Source of the DNA: the human T2T-CHM13v2.0 reference genome, Homo sapiens
Direction: 5' to 3' (one strand)
Length of the DNA stretch: 64,000 nt
NCBI RefSeq assembly: GCF_009914755.1
Contig: NC_060935.1
Shown here: positions 53,342 through 64,000 of the stretch, in pieces
Numbering within the stretch: the first letter of the stretch is position 1
Layout: each line of letters begins with the position of its first letter
Position numbers and translations under genes: made by a program
Notes under the pieces: model-generated
Seen by the model: the letters and a program-made list of their open reading frames with translations, nothing else
Told to the model about the DNA's origin: nothing
Databases searched by the model: none

Positions 53342-54248
53342 TGTATTAAGGTTTTATTGGTGCATAACACCACACATTACTATAAATAGTGGCTTTAATG
53401 ATATACATTTATTATTTCACAGATTCCCTGGGTTAACAGTGCAGGTGTGGATTAGCTGGGTCCTATGCTCAGGGTCTCAGAGGCTGCAAATAAGATGTTT
53501 ACTGAGGCTTGTCTCATTAATGCTCAAGATCTTCTTCAAAACTCACACGGTTGCTGGCAGAATTCAATTTCTTGTGGTTATAGGACTTTGTCCCTCAGAT
53601 TTTAGAGGCCACCAGTTCCATGCCATCTAGTCTTTTTTCTTTTTAGAGACAAAGTCTCACTCTGTAACCCAGAATGGGGTGCAGTGGTGTAATCATAGCT
53701 CACTGTAACTTTAAACTGCCACACTCAAGCGATCCTCCTGCCTCAGTCTCCTGAGTAGCTAAGACTACAGGCTTGTGCCACCATATCTGGCTACTTTTAA
53801 GAATTTTTGTAGAGATGGGTCTCACTATCTCACTATGTTGCCCAGGCTTGTCTGAAACTCCTGGTCTCAAGCAATCCTCCCACTTCAGCCTCCAAAGCAC
53901 TAGGGTTACAGGTGTGAGCTACTGCACCCAGCCAAGCCTTCTTGATAGGCTTTTCACATCATAGCAGCTTTCTCCAGCAAAGCCAGGAAGGGAGAGTCCA
54001 AGCTGCTAAGACAGTCTTATATAACACATATAATCATTCATAGGAGTAACAAATCATCACCTTTGCTATAGAACGTAAACCAGTCAAGACAGTGATATCC
54101 CATTAACATAGCCCAATAAAGGGAGAGATATTCTATTACCTTTGCCATATTGTATGTTAGAAGTCACACGCTTCTGCCCACAGTGGGGGGATGAGTTTTA
54201 CCAAGGCATAACTCATTTTAAGAGTCACTTAGAGTATGTCTCTAATAC
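53342..54248 (-). mobile_element. MaLR solo LTR (MLT1 family) interrupted by an AluJ
   Basis: TGTATTA..CATTTATTATTTCACAG..TTAGCTGGGTCCTATGCTCAGGGTCTC..GTTGCTGGCAGAATTCAATTTCTTGTGG; homology resumes after the Alu. Confidence 0.75.
53632..53933 (-). mobile_element. Alu (AluJ-like)
   Basis: Poly-T, then GAGACAAAGTCTCACTCTG..ATCATAGCTCACTGTAAC..CTCAAGCAATCCTCCCAC..CCCAGCC. Confidence 0.93.
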
Positions 54249-54561
54249 CTTCCTTCTTCTCATTCTATCTTTCAACTGGAGAGAGCTTTAAGTATCATTA
54301 TACTTAAACTCCTTATTCTATGCCATTTGGTGTCATAGGGATAAAAACTTTTGGGTTAGATTCTCCGCAGGAAGTGTAAAAGTATAGTTATTACTATGAA
54401 GAAATGGATGAGGGAAATCCAGGCCATAGCCTCTAATATAAATAAGAATTATCTCTGGAGAGATCATGAAAGTACCCCTGGGTTCCCAAAAGATTTACAT
54501 TTCCTTTTAGTGCTACTCATATAACCATATGAGGTGGTTGTTCAGGAACAAGATCTGAAAA

Positions 54562-54715
54562 GAGCAGATCCCAAATTTCAGCATGCATATGAATTATCCA
54601 GAGAGCTTCTTAACATACAGATCCCTGGGCCCTATCACCACAAGTTCTTCTTTAGTAGATCTGAGGTGGAGCCCAGGAATTTGCATTTCTAACTCCCAAA
54701 TGATTTAAGCTCTTA
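54562..54715. mobile_element. MER5-type hAT-Charlie fossil
   Basis: CAGATCCCTGGGCCC..TAGTAGATCTGAGGTGGAGCCCAGGAATTTGCATTTCTAAC. Confidence 0.75.
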
Positions 54716-54993
54716 TAACAAAAGGCTTACAATTTCTCTAGATATGAACACAACTAGAAATGGAATTTTTAAAATTTCCCAAGTCTTGTGAACTGTTTGA
54801 ACTGAACGTATTCAGATCATACTATATTGTAAGACTTATGATGTCAAGGGTAACAATTTTCTTCAAAATTGTATCCTAAATCAACCAACGTGCCTAGTAA
54901 GTGGAAGACATTATACATACAAATGTATGTAATAAATACATAGTGAATGTTTTTGAAAGTTCAAGTTTCAAACATCAATTATCAATGCCACTC

Positions 54994-59035
<4,042 letters not shown>

Positions 59036-60206
59036 AAAGTCCTTTCCCAGTTGCAGAGAAAAGTTCAGTAAGAGGGCAGAGGCTCTGTTAAATGGGAGGA
59101 AGTCAAGATAAAAATGGAGAGAAAACTCAAAAACTTTCCAATGCCATCTTGAAATGAATCTATAAATTTTGTGTTCCTACAAAAAAAAAAGTCTTCCACG
59201 TTCAAAGACTGGGAAATTTAATAATAGTATTCTGAACATAGGTTCCCTGATATAACTTTAAAATGTGGAGTTACCCTTTAACATTTTTTCCCTCTTTCCA
59301 TTACCTATACCCTCTCTGTGTTCATAAACCGTCCACAAATCCTATCTTTGTAAAAAGCGTTCATATACACTTCCTCCTTTACATTTTCAACGTCTCTCAC
59401 TCTCATTCCAGGCTCTTAGCATTTTCATACCTGTTCTTTCTTACTCCAGTGCCTCTTATCACTATTCTAATAATATTTCTAAAATATCGTTTGGCTTATT
59501 TTGCTGATCCAAAGTTCCTGTGGCCTTTTCCAATTTAGAACAATGTAAACAATCATTCATACTAAAACATATTTATTAATCACATATGAAATGTCAGGCA
59601 TTCTAGCTAGGAGCTAGAAATAAAATGCTGAGCAAAGCAGGCGTCATTCTTCTCACCTACATTTTTAACATTACCTCATATTACTCATAAAATCTTCTGC
59701 CCAATGCAGTTAAATTTCTTTTTTTGGTCCCAGGAAATAAGATCTTCAAGTCTTTAATTGTTTCAGCTACTTGACAATCACTCCCTGTCTTCCCTCTGTT
59801 TATCTGAAGCTCATTGTTTATTTCTAAGATGGACCTATTCTACGAAGATTCTAACCAGATCTATCTGCCTTCAAGTAGTGTTTGCTTCCTGTAAATTTTT
59901 ACTATATACACTGTCCTTAGCACTTATCTGACCCTTATTGTATGCACAAGTACATGACAAAGATTGATAGTTTACACTGAACCAGTTGTTGTATTTTTAA
60001 GACTTGTACTTATCTACGGTACTATTTTCTCATTAATTTACCAATTAAATATACAGTAACCTTAGATATAGTTTTATTTTTTCTCATTTATTCAAACATT
60101 TACAGAGCGCCTGTAGAAAACTAGGCATTCTTGTAGGTACTTGGGGGGAGGTTCAAGAGGTAAAATATAATAAAGAACAATTATCTGCTCTCAAGTAGCA
60201 TACTTT

Positions 60207-60501
60207 TGTTTTTGTTTTTATTTGAGACAGGGTCTCTCTGTTGCCCAGGCTGTAGTGCAGTGCTCTGATCACAGCTCACTGCAGCCTCAGTCTTCTGAGC
60301 TAATGTGATCCTCCCCACCTCAGCTTCTCTAGTAGCTGGGACTACAATCACACACCACCATGCCCTAATTGTTTTTCTCTTTGTTGAGAAGGGGTTTTGC
60401 CATATTGCCCAGGCTGGTCATGAACTCCTGGACTGAAGTGATCCCCCCACCTCAGCCTCCCGAAGTGCTGGGATTAAAGTCATGAGCCACTACACCTGGC
60501 C
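60207..60501 (-). mobile_element. Alu (AluJ-like) with a perfect 16-bp TSD
   Basis: TSD TCAAGTAGCATACTTT at 60191-60206 and 60502-60517. AluJ-type ATCACAGCTCACTGCAGCCTC. Confidence 0.95.
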
Positions 60502-60760
60502 TCAAGTAGCATACTTTCTAACTCTCATGCCAAGAGTCTTTTGGTGGAAAACCATGAACTGAATTATTGACTAACAGTCCAGTGTTAGAACTGAAATGGA
60601 TGCTAAGTTACTTATATTGTAATTTACTGAGGAAGCACTATGGCTTTGTTGTTAAAAATACACCCTTTGAAGTATGACTTTCTGTATTAAAATCTCAGCT
60701 CTGATATTTGCTAGCTTGTTTTCTTAGGTAAATTACATAACTTCCTGTGCTTCTGTTTCT

Positions 60761-62492
60761 CTTTTTAAGTTCAGGGGTACATGTCTAGGTTTATAGGTTA
60801 CATAGGTAAACTTGTGTCATAGGGGTTTGTTGTACAGACTATTTTGTCACCCAGGTATGAAACCTAGTACTTATTAGTTATTTTTCCTGATCCTCTTCCT
60901 CCTCCCACTCTTTACCCTCTGATATGCCACAGTGTGTGTTGTTCCCTTCTATGTGTTCACGTGTTCTCATCATTTAGCTCCACTTATATGTGAGAACATG
61001 TGGTATTTGGCTTTCTGTTCCTGTGTTAGTTTGCTAAAGATAATGGCCTCCAGCTCCATGCACATTCTCACAAAGGACATGACCTCATTCCTTTTTATGG
61101 CTGCATAGTATTCCATAGTGTATATATACACTGCATTTTCTTTATCCAGTCTACCATTGATGGGCATTTAGTTGATTCCATGTCATTGCTATTGTGAATA
61201 GTGCTACAATGAACATACGTGTGTGTATGTATATGTATGTGTGTCTTTATGATAAAATGATTTCTATCCCTTTGGGTATATACCCAGAAATAGGATTTCT
61301 GGGTTGAATGGTAGTTCTGATTTAGGTCTTTGAAGAATTGCCACAGTGTCTTCCACAATGGTTGAACTAATTTACACTCCCACTAGCAGTGTAAAAGTGT
61401 TCTTTCTCCGTGACATCACCAGCATCTGTTATTTTTTGACTTTTTAATAATAGCCATTCTGACTGGTGTGAGATGATATCTCATTGTGGTTTGATTTCCA
61501 TTTTCCCACTGATCTGTGATGCTGAGCTTTTTAACATATGCTTATTGGCCACATGTATGTCTTCTTTTGAAAAGTGTCTGGTCATGTCCTTTGCCCACTT
61601 TTTAATGTTTTTTTCTTCTCGTAAATTTGTTTAAGTTCCTTATAGAGCTGGTTATTAGATATTGGTCAGATGTATACTTTGCAAATATTTTCTCCCATTT
61701 TGAAGGTTGTCTGTTCACTCTGTTAATAATCTATTTCACTGTGCAGAAGCTCTTTAATTTAATTAGATCCAATTTGTCAATTTTTGCTTTTGTTGCAATT
61801 GCTTTTGGTGTCTTCATCATGAAATCGTTGCCAGTTCCTCTGTCCAGAATGATATTGCCTAGGTTGTCTTCCAGGGTTTTTATAGCTTGGAGCTGTACAT
61901 TTAAGTCTTTAATGAATCTTGAGTTAATTTTTATATGTGATGTAAGGAAGGGGTGCAGTTTCATTCTTCTGCATATTGCTAGACAGTTATCCCAGTGCCA
62001 TTTATTCAATAGGGAGTCCTTTCCCCATTGCTTGTTGTCAAAGATCAGATAGTTGTAAGTGTGCAGCCTTATTTCTGGGTTCTCTATTCTGTTTCTTTGG
62101 TATGTCTTTTTTTGTACTAGTATCATGCTGTTTTGGTTACTGTAACCCTGTAGTGTAGTTTGAGGTCAGGTAGCATAACACCTTCAGCTTTGTTCGTTTT
62201 GCTTATGATTCCCTTGGCTATTCAAGCTCTTATTTGGTTCCGTATGAATTTTAAAATAGTTTTTTCTCCAGCTCTGTGAAGAATGTCATTGGTAGTTTTG
62301 TAGGAACGACACTGAATCTATAAATTGCTTTGGGCAGCACAGCCATTTTAATGATATCGATTCTTCCTATCCATGAGCAGGGAATGTTTTTCCTTTTGTT
62401 TATGTCATCTCCAATTTCTTTGAGCAGTGGCTTATAGTTCTCTTTCCAGGTATCTTTCACCTCCCCAGTTAGCTGCAGTCCTAGGTATTTTC
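60761..62492 (-). mobile_element. 5'-truncated L1 (L1PA13-15-like)
   Basis: The 3'UTR reverse complement GGTAAACTTGTGTCATAGGGGTTTGTTGTACAGACTATTTTGTCACCCAGG is visible. ORF2 fragments at 62251-62460, 61731-62126 and 60970-61167. Confidence 0.93.
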
Positions 62493-64000
62493 TGACAGTT
62501 GCATTTTATATTTGTCTGACAGTTGTGATTTTACCTTTCCAAAAGCATCATTTCACACAATATTATAAAACCCAGTCTAGATCAATGCTATCTCTCATAT
62601 ATTTAAAGCTTTTCCTCTCCTGATGCTTGCACATAGTGGACTCCATTATTCACTCATCTTGTTCCTTTACTCCTCCCTTTTAGCCACCAGGACTGCTTAG
62701 GGTGCTCCGTAAATGGAGTAGGGAAAGGGGAAGTAGTTTGGGTCAAGATCTTGCTTGGCTGATATGGTTACCACCTATATTGAGGCTGAGAGAAATACTT
62801 TTTTTCTATCTAATTAGACCCTCTTCCCAGGGATTTACAACTGCAGTTTCCATGCAGTTGCCTGTATTCCATACAGGCAATATCTTCTCTTGTTGCCTCA
62901 ATCTTCAGATGGTTCACCCTTCCATGGGGGCTTCTTTGACCCTCCAGGTGGTATTGTAGGGTGGTGTGCCTTTGAGAAGCCCCTCTTCCTGTGTCCTTTT
63001 AGGGTCTACATAAGCATATATCTGTTTCACACAAAACTCTGGAAGAACAAGCCTGTCTCTTTCTCTACTACTACAGACCACTTCAGGCACGAGTCACATG
63101 TCAGATGTTGTATGATAATCTCAGAAAACACAAGCCAAGTCCTCTAAATGATTTTCTTAAAGAACCTTTCACCTGACTTCAAGGTTGGGAAGGTCTATTC
63201 ATCATTGTTTCTCAATGGGATGCAGGAATCAGTCAGTACACTCACAAGTGTCACCAAAAACAGTCACACTCTGACTGCTCTCAAGAACTGTTAGCTTCAT
63301 AAGGGTCTCTTATGTAGCCTGGACTCAATGTGCGTAATAGGCTAATCCTGGGAGAAATTATTTGCCCCTCACCCTGCCCACCCCATGGCATATGATATTG
63401 TACATCGATGCTCAAGAACTTCAATGTAGATTTAGATGTATTTAACAATTTAAAATCTATTCTCCTCATCTCTCAGAACTTAGCTCTAAAATTCCCAGTC
63501 AAGACCATTTTAGCATCTTTTCATGCAGGCATAAACACACTCTGTTTGTTTTTAAAATAAAAGGTTCTCTACATATGGTTCAACAACCTGCTCTTTTCTC
63601 TTTACATGTCTTGGAAGTCTTTCCATATTTCATACTTTTGGTTAAAAATTTTAGGTAGAATATAGTAATGGTTAGAACATTAACATACATATGCCTCTCT
63701 GATCCATAAACAAGGAAAGTCATTAAAAAATGTTGCAGACTTCAGGAAGACTTTCATTCTTTTCTAATGAGTATAATAAATGTCATTGATGAGATTAAAA
63801 GCTCAGCTATTAACTGAATGTCAGGATTATCATATGAATGACAGTGGAAAAGTTGTAGAAGGTTGAATCTAAGACAATGAAGTTTCTGGTCACAATGAGC
63901 CACTTCTCACAGAAAATGTGGACCAGTGAGCTATGCAATGGATTAAAATAATACCAAGACCATGTGTTCCGAATTGCAATAAAATAGAATGTAAAAATAA

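Overview
This is eukaryotic, primate (very likely human or great-ape) genomic DNA. It is AT-rich, CpG-poor and dominated by decayed interspersed repeats; roughly 45% is LINE-1 by my manual tally, as in L1-dense intergenic or intronic DNA. I found no recognisable host protein-coding exon, RNA gene, CRISPR array or prokaryotic feature. The ORFs I can assign to a protein are broken fragments of L1 ORF2 or the THE1 internal ORF; the rest are Alu, simple-repeat or chance frames. Main contents: (1) an old L1MA-type element with its 5' end intact (1-7208, minus strand); (2) a full-length L1PA10-13-type element (~15722-24540, plus) carrying a complete two-LTR THE1 (MaLR) provirus in ORF2; (3) two independent 5'-inverted (twin-primed) L1 insertions; (4) two solo LTRs with perfect 5-bp target-site duplications (TSDs); (5) an ancient two-LTR ERVL remnant; (6) a ~10.5 kb same-strand L1 pile-up; (7) three Alus, MER5/MER53/MER58 DNA-transposon fossils, L2/MIR fragments and microsatellites. 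The best non-repeat leads are a compact CRE/DR1/NBRE composite motif (47789-47803), a 91/95-bp tandem duplication (50486-50671), an unexplained 20-bp exact direct repeat 1946 bp apart (47647 and 49593) and an inverted pair of (TA)n-(GA)n tracts. I see no convincing evidence of a previously undescribed biological system. Subfamily names come from my recall of consensus sequences and need RepeatMasker/Dfam confirmation.
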